A stretch of 64,000 nt of DNA from Gammaproteobacteria bacterium. GTDB lineage: Bacteria > Pseudomonadota > Gammaproteobacteria > CBDBNL01 > JAAOII01. The notes beneath the pieces were generated by a model. It was not told the origin of the DNA, searched no databases, and saw nothing but the letters and a program-made list of their open reading frames with translations. Position numbers and translations under genes: made by a program. Numbering within the stretch: the first letter of the stretch is position 1; each line of letters opens with the position of its first letter. The stretch lies in assembly GCA_965209035.1 (NCBI GenBank), contig OZ242372.1:1216001-1280000 (forward strand), written 5' to 3'. Below are positions 52,997 to 61,716 of this stretch, in pieces.

Positions 52997-54088
52997 ATGT
53001 TTTATTCCGCCGAACTTCCGCGGCGTGCGTCGCGGCGCATCATGGTTGGCGATGTGCCTGTCGGCGGCGGTGCCCCCGTATCCGTCCAGTCCATGACGAA
53101 TACGGATACTTGCGATGTTTCGGCAACCCTGCATCAAGTACAAAAACTGGCGACCGCCGGCGCGGACATGGTGCGACTTTCCGTGCCGACCATGGAAGCG
53201 GCCGCCGCCTTTGCCAAGATTCGGCGCAAAGCCGGCCTTCCTCTGATAGCGGACATTCATTTTGATCATAAGATTGCCCTGGCGGTCCTGAAAACTGGCG
53301 CGGATTGTTTGCGCATCAATCCCGGCAATATCGGCAAGATGGAAAAAGTGCGCGAACTGGTGGCGGCCGCCAAAGACAAAAAGGTGCCTATGCGCATCGG
53401 TGTCAATGCGGGCTCGCTGGAAAAAGATCTGCAAAAAAAATACGGCGAGCCCAACCCGGCCGCCCTGGTAGAATCGGCAATGCGACATGTGGACTTTTTG
53501 GATAAACTGGACATGCCGGACTTCAAGGTCAGCGTGAAGGCATCGGATGTGATGATGGCGGTGGAAGCCTACAGACTACTTGCCAAACGCATTGAGCAGC
53601 CGCTGCATCTCGGCATTACCGAAGCGGGCGGGCTGCGCAACGGCGCCGTCAAGTCGGCAATGGGAATCGGCACTCTGTTAATGGAAGGCATAGGAGATAC
53701 CATCCGTGTTTCGCTGGCCGCCGACCCGACGGAAGAAATAAAAGTGGGTTGGGATATTCTTAAAGGTCTGCGGCTGCGGGCGCGCGGGATCAACTTAATA
53801 GTTTGCCCGGGTTGTGCCCGGCAGAATTTTGATGTCATTAAGGTAGCCAACGAGTTGGACAGCAGGCTGGAGGATCTGGATGTCCCAATGGACCTGGCGG
53901 TAATCGGCTGCGTGGTGAACGGCCCCGGCGAAGCCAAGGAGGCGCGTGTCGGGTTTGTCGGCGGCAAGAAAGCCGGTTTGGCATACATAGAAGGCAAGGG
54001 CTACAAAAAAATCTCAAACGAATCCTTGACAGCCGAGTTGGAAAAAATGGTAAGAGAGCAAGCAAAAAAAATTATTGCCAAGTCTTAG
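52997..54088 (+). CDS. ispG: HMBPP synthase
   Basis: [39 protein letters not shown]. Confidence 0.98.
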   Translation: MFYSAELPRRASRRIMVGDVPVGGGAPVSVQSMTNTDTCDVSATLHQVQKLATAGADMVRLSVPTMEAAAAFAKIRRKAGLPLIADIHFDHKIALAVLKTGADCLRINPGNIGKMEKVRELVAAAKDKKVPMRIGVNAGSLEKDLQKKYGEPNPAALVESAMRHVDFLDKLDMPDFKVSVKASDVMMAVEAYRLLAKRIEQPLHLGITEAGGLRNGAVKSAMGIGTLLMEGIGDTIRVSLAADPTEEIKVGWDILKGLRLRARGINLIVCPGCARQNFDVIKVANELDSRLEDLDVPMDLAVIGCVVNGPGEAKEARVGFVGGKKAGLAYIEGKGYKKISNESLTAELEKMVREQAKKIIAKS

Positions 54089-54281
54089 GGCGACAACCGG
54101 CGGCGCCTGTCTCTCCGGCAGCACCTTATCAAAACGAAATGATGCGAAAAACTTTCCGGAGTGACAATCGGAGGCGCGTGTCTCCCCGGTAGCATATTGT
54201 TACTGTTACATTGCTTTTAATTTAAGTCACTTCCAAAGTCGCTTTTTAAGTCACTTCCAAAGCCGCTGCCAAATCCACTTC

Positions 54282-55271
54282 CTAAGTCGCTGCGGGCGGT
54301 TCAACCGGTAAGGCCTCATCGGTTTTTTCGTCATAGAGTCCCAGCAGCGTTTTGCTCAGAACCGAGGCACTGCTTTTCCAATCCTTTTGCGTATGCACCC
54401 GAACGCGCAGCATCACTTTTTTGCCAAAGAATATCTCCATTGACTTGCGGGCGGCGCTCGCCATCGTTTTCATTCTCGCGCCGTTTTTGCCGAGGATGAT
54501 CGGCTTGTGGCTTTCTTTTTCCGCCAGGACCGACAGATCAATAAAGAGCATATTCGGTTTGTCCCGGCTGTCTGTCAGGTGCTCGCAGAGAACGCACAAA
54601 CCAAAAGGGACTTCTTGCCGCAGTTTGCGGAACAGTTGCTCGCGCAGCAGCTCGCCGGCAATAAATGCATTGCAAGTATTCGGCATCGCGTCCGTAACCG
54701 GCGAGGCGGGCAACATCGCGAACAAGGCCTTCCGCAATACCGGGATCCTGTACCCGGTGAGTGCGGACACGGAAATAATTTCTTTGGCTTTTAATCCTAT
54801 TTTTTTCAGTTGTTCGTCCCAATGAACGATTAAAGGAAACACCTCCGCGCGATTCGCCAAAAGATCCGCCTTGTTGAGGACCAGGATGAGCGGCGTTTCT
54901 TTTTTTTCTTCCGTCAAACGCCGCAGCAAACGCTGATCGTTTTCACCAAAACGGCGGGCGTCCGTCACAAAAATCCGCCCATCGGCAAAGGAGAGCAGTT
55001 GTTTTATCTGTTTTCGCATCAGTTTGCTTTGCAGATCGCCGTGGATTGGCCAACCGCCCGGCGTGTCTATACAAACGACTTCCCTGTTGTTTTCGTTGTT
55101 TTCGTTGGCTTCGCAAATTTTTTTGTAAACAGAGCCGCGGGTGGTGTTTGGCATAGGCGCCGTTGCCGAAACTCTGACAGATGCCAGGGCATTGAGCAGC
55201 GAAGACTTGCCAACATTGGTTTGCCCGAGCAGTGCAATGTGTCCGAGATAATTGGTATGCTTTTGTGCCAT
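54282..55271 (-). CDS. era: GTPase Era
   Basis: GQTNVGKS, DTPG, NKAD, KH domain ILGKNG; follows rnc. Confidence 0.9.
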   Translation of the reverse strand: MAQKHTNYLGHIALLGQTNVGKSSLLNALASVRVSATAPMPNTTRGSVYKKICEANENNENNREVVCIDTPGGWPIHGDLQSKLMRKQIKQLLSFADGRIFVTDARRFGENDQRLLRRLTEEKKETPLILVLNKADLLANRAEVFPLIVHWDEQLKKIGLKAKEIISVSALTGYRIPVLRKALFAMLPASPVTDAMPNTCNAFIAGELLREQLFRKLRQEVPFGLCVLCEHLTDSRDKPNMLFIDLSVLAEKESHKPIILGKNGARMKTMASAARKSMEIFFGKKVMLRVRVHTQKDWKSSASVLSKTLLGLYDEKTDEALPVEPPAAT

Positions 55272-55278
55272 GCCGATC

Positions 55279-55947
55279 TTATTCGCTCAGGTCTTCCAGG
55301 GCCCGCGCTGCCGCCTCTTTTTCCGATTCTTTGATACTTTGTCCCTGCCCGACATACCTCTTGCCGGAAGGCAGCTCACAGAACACGGTAAAAGATTTTT
55401 TATGTGCCGGGCCCTCTTCGGTCAAGAGCCCGTAAATGGGAAGTCTCCCGTATCGCGCCATTGCCAATTCTTGCAAACGGGTTTTGCTGTCCTTGTAAGA
55501 AGTGCCGGCTTCAAGGTCAATGGCCGCCAACTTTTGTTTGTAAAGAGCAAGAACGACATCTTGACACTTTTCCCAACCGCCGTCCAAGTAAATCGCACCG
55601 ATGATGGATTCCAACGCATCGGCGAGTAACGCCAACGGCTCGCGTCTAAGAGATTCCTTTTTGATCACCTTGGCATGGCGGACATGCTCGACTAAATTTA
55701 AGCCAACGGCAATATCCAACAAAGCCTGCTTGTCCACAAGACGCGATCGGATTTGACTCATTTCGCCCTCCCGTATTTGCGGGAACTGTTTGTAAAGATA
55801 GGCACTGATGACGGCATTCAGAATGGAATCACCCAAAAACTCCAACCGCTCGTTTGTTTCCTGTCCCATACTGCGATGGGTGAGCGCGAGTTTCGGCAGT
55901 TCGTCATTCCGAAACCGGTAGTTCAATTTTTTTTGTAATTCTTCCAT
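55279..55947 (-). CDS. rnc: Ribonuclease III
   Basis: ALTHRS, NERLEFLGDS, dsRBD KTRLQE. Confidence 0.97.
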   Translation of the reverse strand: MEELQKKLNYRFRNDELPKLALTHRSMGQETNERLEFLGDSILNAVISAYLYKQFPQIREGEMSQIRSRLVDKQALLDIAVGLNLVEHVRHAKVIKKESLRREPLALLADALESIIGAIYLDGGWEKCQDVVLALYKQKLAAIDLEAGTSYKDSKTRLQELAMARYGRLPIYGLLTEEGPAHKKSFTVFCELPSGKRYVGQGQSIKESEKEAAARALEDLSE

Positions 55948-56049
55948 ACTTCCATGTTATTTATGTTATTTATGTTATTCATGTTGCTCCCCAAAATTCT
56001 TTTTCCAAATTCAAGGAGGGCAGAGGGCAACCCGGTTGCCCCGAATCTG

Positions 56050-56973
56050 TCATATCCCGGCTGTCCTTGCGTGCTCGAATTCCGAAGAGTTTTCCGCCAT
56101 CGGGACATTGTCTATGAGCCGCGCCTTTCCCAGCCATGCCGCCGCCAGAATGACCGGCTTGTCGGCCGGACCGGTGGCCGGCAACAGATCTTCGGTGCGG
56201 CATACTTGCACATATTCCGGCTTAAATCCGTGTTGGCGCAAGCGTTGCATGCCGTCTTGTTCCAACTTGCGATAATCATTTTGTTTTTGCAAACTCAGAT
56301 CCTTGTTCAGATCTTTGCTCAAATCTTTGCTCAAATCTTTAAGAGTGTCATAGAGACGGGGGGCGATGCGCCGCTCCGCCGCCGTTAAGTATCTGTTGCG
56401 CGAACTTAATGCCAGCCCGTCCGGTGCCCGCCCGGTATCCACCGCCACAATTTGTGTCGGCAAGTGCAATTCTTTGGTCATAATTTGGATAAGACGCAAT
56501 TGTTGAAAGTCCTTTTTGCCAAAGGCCGCCTTGTGCGGCAACAGAATGTTAAACAAAAGATTGACAATGGTGATGACAGCGGGAAAGAAATGCGGGCGCG
56601 TCCCGCCGCAGAGAAGACCGGTCATGGACGGAATGTCAATGAGAGTCAGCGGTTTCTTCCCGCCCGCATAGATGTCTTCCGCTTTTGGCAAGAATACCAG
56701 GTCGTTCTTTTCCACCCGGCAGAGGTTCAGATCTTCGGTTGTGCTGCGGGGGTAGGTATCCAGATCCTCGTGTTCGGCAAACTGCGTCGGGTTAATGAAG
56801 ATACTGCTCACCAGAATATCGCACTCGGGTCTCAGGGCGCGCATCAGTTTCGCATGTCCCTCGTGCAGATTACCGAGCGTAGGAACAAATCCGATGCTTT
56901 TGCCCGGTTTGCGCGCCTCCAAACTTCTTTGGCGCATCTCTTGCGGGCGGGTAATGATGTTATCGGGATGCAT
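56050..56973 (-). CDS. panC: Pantoate--beta-alanine ligase
   Basis: VPTLGNLHEGH, FINPTQF, FGKKDFQQ, SSRN, RLIDN. Confidence 0.97.
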   Translation of the reverse strand: MHPDNIITRPQEMRQRSLEARKPGKSIGFVPTLGNLHEGHAKLMRALRPECDILVSSIFINPTQFAEHEDLDTYPRSTTEDLNLCRVEKNDLVFLPKAEDIYAGGKKPLTLIDIPSMTGLLCGGTRPHFFPAVITIVNLLFNILLPHKAAFGKKDFQQLRLIQIMTKELHLPTQIVAVDTGRAPDGLALSSRNRYLTAAERRIAPRLYDTLKDLSKDLSKDLNKDLSLQKQNDYRKLEQDGMQRLRQHGFKPEYVQVCRTEDLLPATGPADKPVILAAAWLGKARLIDNVPMAENSSEFEHARTAGI

Positions 56974-57397
56974 TTCTTGTCATAAGACATTATAATGCGA
57001 TTCGCTACGGATGCATGCCAATCGCAAGATCTAAACTGCGGTGGCACCGCCTCGGCAAACGCCGGTTTTTCTAAATTTTCATTGGAACTTGCCCGTCCGG
57101 CGGCCAATCCTGCCGGTTTCTTAACGCCGCGCCATAATTCGCCAGCCGGCTTCTTGTCATCTTAGTGCATTGCCGGCAGATCCAAACCGGCATTTAATCA
57201 CAGTGAACAGTCGCAGTTCCGCCTTCATCTTCACCTTCGCCTCCGCTTCCGCCTCCGGGTAGTTCCGGGATCCTAACGCAATCTTCCCGGCGGATTAAAG
57301 TTGCATCGGGGGCTATGAAAAGAAAAAGGCAAAGACACAGACAAAGAGAAAAGAAAATAACAAACATACCGATCCCGTATCGCATAAAATAGGTTCT

Positions 57398-58108
57398 ATG
57401 ACAAGCACACAAGTATCCCCGGTAAAACTGGGGCGGGTTTTGACGGACAGTTGCCGATTTATCGGTTTTTTCTCCCGTCCGATAGTGACCTATGCGGTTG
57501 TTGCCATTGCCGCCGAGTGGCTGTTTCATTTACTCAAATCCGGAATAACAGCACAGTTGTTTTTGGGGGTATGGACGATTTTCGGTCTCCTGCTCAGCGC
57601 GCTCTTGCATTGTGGCTTTGTCGTTTTTCTGGGGTCGCTTAATAGCGGCAACAAGTTATCTATTGTGCAGGCAATAGGACTCGGTCTGAACCGCTTATCC
57701 TCCTACCTCATCACCTATGTTATCACCGCTCTGGCTACCTTCATAGGGTTATTGATGTTTGTCATCCCCGGGGTGTATATTCTTTCCCGCCTTTTGCTGT
57801 ATGACTTTTTTATTTTGTTGGAAAAAAAGAGACCCCTCCCCGCAATCAGCGGGAGTCTTCGCACTACCCGTCCCGCCCGCCGGCTTATGTTGGGAGGGCT
57901 TTTGCTGTTCATTTTTACTTCCTTGCTGATGCTTGGGGTCATCGAATATGCCGCCGCAGACATACCACCGCAATTTTCCGGCTATGTCTACTCCCCGTTT
58001 TTTTGGATTCTCGCGATGTTTTTCACCGTTTTCAGATACAGATGTTTCCTATTGCTCTTTAATAATAGTACAAATAATAGCACAAATAAGACTAATAAGG
58101 CAACATAA
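57398..58108 (+). CDS. Hypothetical multi-pass membrane protein (YciC-like)
   Basis: Several TMs, IGLLMFVIPG motif; coupled to mnmA. Confidence 0.7.
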   Translation: MTSTQVSPVKLGRVLTDSCRFIGFFSRPIVTYAVVAIAAEWLFHLLKSGITAQLFLGVWTIFGLLLSALLHCGFVVFLGSLNSGNKLSIVQAIGLGLNRLSSYLITYVITALATFIGLLMFVIPGVYILSRLLLYDFFILLEKKRPLPAISGSLRTTRPARRLMLGGLLLFIFTSLLMLGVIEYAAADIPPQFSGYVYSPFFWILAMFFTVFRYRCFLLLFNNSTNNSTNKTNKAT

Positions 58109-59418
58109 TGACGGTTACCGATACGGGTAACAACACATACCGCAGACTGGCGGTGGCGATGTCCGGCGGGGTGGATTCATCGGTTACGGCGGCCCTGATG
58201 CTTGAAAAGGGGTACGAGGTTTTCGGGGTATATATGCGGAATTGGCGCGACGATGATCGCACACCCGAATGCACCGCCATTCGCGATTGGACGGATGCTC
58301 GCCGAGCCTGCGACAAACTGGGTATCAACTTGGAAGTCGTCGAGTTCAGTCACATCTACAAACAAAAAGTGTTCGCGCCCTTTTTGGACGAACTGCGGCA
58401 AGGGCGAACGCCCAACCCGGATGTTATGTGTAATCACCATATTAAGTTTCGCGCCCTCACCGAGCATGTAAAAACCTTGGGCGCGGATGCTATGGCGACC
58501 GGGCATTATGCCCGTTTGATCCCGACGGTCGACGGCGGGCATCTTTATTGTGCGCGGGACAAAAACAAATGTCAGACATACTTTTTGTTCGCGGCCGCAT
58601 CCTTTGATAACTGCCTGATGCCTTTGGGTGAAATGCAAAAACAAGAGGTGCGTGCGTTGGCGCGTAAATTCGGTTTGCACAACCATTCCAAAAAAGACAG
58701 CACCGGACTTTGTTTTATCGGCGAAAGAGATTTCAGCAAGTTTATTTCCCGCTACTTGCCGGACGAACCGGGCGAGATACGCGACACTGCGGGAAATTTT
58801 TTAGGGATGCATCGCGGCCTGTTTCACCATACTTTGGGACAAAGGCGCGGGCTGGGCATTGGCGGCACGCGCGCCCGAACTGATGGCATGCGGGCGACTC
58901 GGATGCAAGATGTCCGTCCTCATCCGGACGAGGCGGGCGAAGTTGCCGAAGTGAGCGCGTCGGATGCATCGGACAGATTTGACAGCTCGGACGGATCGAA
59001 TGAAGCCTGGTATGTAGTCGACAAGATCCCGCAACAAAATATCTTGGTAGTGGCGTGCGGCCGGAACAACCCCCGCCTTTATGCGACCGCAGCTCTGCTG
59101 GCGAAACCTGTGTGGATCGGCGAGCCGCTCCCCTTGCCGGCGACATGCGATGTGAAAACCAGATACAGAATGGCGTCCGCGCCCTGTCGCCTCAGCCCGA
59201 CCGAGGGGGAACAGGGGAAGCAGGGGGAGCAGGGGAAGGTTCTGTTACAGTTCGCCACACCGCAGCGCGCGCTCACGCCCGGACAGGCGGCGGTTTTTTA
59301 TACGGGAGAACGCTGTCGCGGCGGGGCGATCATTGAGCACGCTCTGACGGCAGCAACCGAAACAACCAAAGCAAGGAGCGCGCAAAAACCAAAACAAACA
59401 GTTACAGAAACAGTTTAA
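58108..59418 (+). CDS. mnmA: tRNA 2-thiouridine(34) synthase
   Basis: MSGGVDSS, TPNPDVMCN, ATGHY, DSTGLCFIG, TLGQR, TPGQAAVFY. Confidence 0.97.
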   Translation: MTVTDTGNNTYRRLAVAMSGGVDSSVTAALMLEKGYEVFGVYMRNWRDDDRTPECTAIRDWTDARRACDKLGINLEVVEFSHIYKQKVFAPFLDELRQGRTPNPDVMCNHHIKFRALTEHVKTLGADAMATGHYARLIPTVDGGHLYCARDKNKCQTYFLFAAASFDNCLMPLGEMQKQEVRALARKFGLHNHSKKDSTGLCFIGERDFSKFISRYLPDEPGEIRDTAGNFLGMHRGLFHHTLGQRRGLGIGGTRARTDGMRATRMQDVRPHPDEAGEVAEVSASDASDRFDSSDGSNEAWYVVDKIPQQNILVVACGRNNPRLYATAALLAKPVWIGEPLPLPATCDVKTRYRMASAPCRLSPTEGEQGKQGEQGKVLLQFATPQRALTPGQAAVFYTGERCRGGAIIEHALTAATETTKARSAQKPKQTVTETV

Positions 59419-59551
59419 GCAAGCAGCGGCGTCCCGCTCGCCATCACAGAAATATCCGCGCCGGCAATATTTCTATCGTGTTTTTTTACTCGGTTGAAGA
59501 CACTGTAAACCCCGGCTTCGGGGCAGTTAAAAGTCCGGGAAGTCCGGGAAG

Positions 59552-59644
59552 TCCGGGAAGTTAAGAAAGTTAGAGCAGTCAAAGCAGCTAAAAACAAACA
59601 ACTGCGATGACGCACCGGCAACGCGCAGAGTTCGCCGCCTGCGC
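59552..59644 (+). repeat. Direct repeat, left copy flanking the GLUG-like gene
   Basis: Matches 61571-61672. Confidence 0.92.
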
Positions 59645-59865
59645 GCGTCCTTTTTTGCCGATGCGCTCGCCGCGCAGATACATCGTGGATACATCGAGGA
59701 TACATCGTGCTCTGATGGATGGTCCTCCATAAAAAATCTTAACAACTCTTGTAAGTACAATTTTTAAAAACCTAAAAAGTTCTTGTCAACACCAAGAATG
59801 GAAACTTTCTTGTATATAATCACATTTATAAATACCTTTATATTTACTATTACAAATCACTTTAT

Positions 59866-61248
59866 ATGAAAATTAATATTAACTTAAATAGTTTTGCCCG
59901 CTTGTTCTCCGGAATAATGATGTGTGGTGCATTACTTTTGATCTTGCCTTCTTTCGTGTTGGCGGGTCAGCAAGAAGACAGCGATGGAAACGGCTTAATA
60001 GAAGTCCGTTCGGCTGTTGACCTCGACAATATTCGCCATAATCTGCGCGGCACCTGTGCTGACGGTAATTGCTATGGTTACGAACTTATCAACGATATAG
60101 ACCTAAGTTCTTATCCTAATTGGGAACCTATTGGCACACTTTATCGACCGTTTCGTGCCACATTTGAAGGCAATGAACATAAGATATCCGGCCTTACTTC
60201 AACCGGTTACGAACGTGCCGGTTTGTTTGGTGTGGTTTATTCCGCCCATTTTAGAAAGGTGCGAATAGAAGCCAAAGAAATTTCTGCGTTCAGTAGTAAA
60301 CGCGATGCGCATGCCGGCGTTCTCTTGGGAAGCGGGCAATTTGTTAGTATAGAGGATGTGCAGGTCTCCGCGACTGCCGGCGTTAGTGCCAGTGTAAACA
60401 TCATAAATTTGGGCGCATATGCCGGCGCTTTGGCGGGTTATTTGCAAGGAGATCCCAATCTGTGTTTCACAAGAGATTGCCCTGATAACTTTCCCGAGCA
60501 ACTCTCTGTTAGCAGTCTATCCGGCTCTTCGGCGATGGTATCCGGTGAAGTTGCCGCCACGAGTCGTAACAAAGCCGCGGCCGGCGGTTTAGTCGGGTAT
60601 GCAAAGAACTTTGTTATCCGGGATAATTTTGTCTGGATGGGCTGGCTTGGTCAAAACGGTGACCAACCCATTGAAAGTGGTATTTCCGCTTCCATTAACA
60701 GTTTTATCTTTAACAATAATAACCCTGCCTTTTTTAGTGTTGCCGGCGGGCTGGTGGGTGCCGCCCAGCGTATTCAGATTGTAGATAACAATGCCATCTT
60801 AGAACGCACAGTCGGCGTCATTGTCTTTCCCAATAGTCTGACTCTGGATCAAGATCCTTTTTATATAAGCGGTGGCGGTTTGGTTGGCGCTCAAATAGAT
60901 CGTTCGGGAGGAAATCTTCCGAGTGTTATTCGTCATTCGTATTACGCACCGGGTCTGATTACAGATAAGCACTGGAAAAATTCGGATAAGACTAAGCGAA
61001 TTAACAACTTGGGTGAGCAGCGTACCGGCAGTCAGCTTTCGTGTCCGGTCGGACCGGGAGATAATTGTAAGGATGCAACAACTTATGTTAACTGGAATAG
61101 CGACGAGCCAATTTATAGTCCAAATACGTGGGTATTTCGTCGCATCGAAAATCCTTACCTAGCTTTTCCGCGCCAGGAAAGATTCAAGTGCGATGCTTTT
61201 TTCGATGCTATTTGCCAACTTTATTTTGGTTTGCCTCCTCAAAAATAA
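59866..61248 (+). CDS. Secreted GLUG-motif-like protein
   Basis: Signal peptide; DGNGLIEV, YELINDIDL, WEPIG, FEGNEHKISGL; repeated AGGLVG motifs; Cys pairs. Confidence 0.8.
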   Translation: MKININLNSFARLFSGIMMCGALLLILPSFVLAGQQEDSDGNGLIEVRSAVDLDNIRHNLRGTCADGNCYGYELINDIDLSSYPNWEPIGTLYRPFRATFEGNEHKISGLTSTGYERAGLFGVVYSAHFRKVRIEAKEISAFSSKRDAHAGVLLGSGQFVSIEDVQVSATAGVSASVNIINLGAYAGALAGYLQGDPNLCFTRDCPDNFPEQLSVSSLSGSSAMVSGEVAATSRNKAAAGGLVGYAKNFVIRDNFVWMGWLGQNGDQPIESGISASINSFIFNNNNPAFFSVAGGLVGAAQRIQIVDNNAILERTVGVIVFPNSLTLDQDPFYISGGGLVGAQIDRSGGNLPSVIRHSYYAPGLITDKHWKNSDKTKRINNLGEQRTGSQLSCPVGPGDNCKDATTYVNWNSDEPIYSPNTWVFRRIENPYLAFPRQERFKCDAFFDAICQLYFGLPPQK

Positions 61249-61570
61249 TCGCATGATCTCTTTGGCACTTTTGCTGTTTATTGAAACAAAAATACGCCGG
61301 AGATAATCTAAGTTGCCACGGTGGCATTGTCGTTGCCGTGGCAATTTTGTAGCACAGAATGTGCTCGCTGTTGTAGCACAAGCACAAAGTGTGCTCGTTC
61401 CAAACCATCCCCAAAATACTTTGCAATGCATCCCGGCAGGATCAAAGTAGAATCAATCTTCAATCATTTCAATGAAAACAACCCGGGCAAAATCTTTGAT
61501 GCGGGTTTGATAGCCTTCGGCCTGAGACATTCTTTGTTATAGATTAACTTTGGAAACTTCTTTCAAAAAC

Positions 61571-61672
61571 TCCGGGAAGTTAAGAAAGTTAAGAAAGTTA
61601 AAGCAGTTAAAGCAGTTAAAAACGAACAACTGCGATGACGCACCGGCAACGCGCATAGTTCGCCGCCTGCGC
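61571..61672 (+). repeat. Direct repeat, right copy flanking the GLUG-like gene
   Basis: Core AACAACTGCGATGACGCACCGGCAACGCGCA-AGTTCGCCGCCTGCGC shared with left copy. Confidence 0.92.
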
Positions 61673-61716
61673 TTGCCATCTATTTTGTGTGCTTGTATGT
61701 TTTTGTGCGTGTTTTT

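Noticed and set aside
54092-54194. Mini CRISPR array
   Set aside because: Only two repeats with 5 mismatches, no leader and no cas genes
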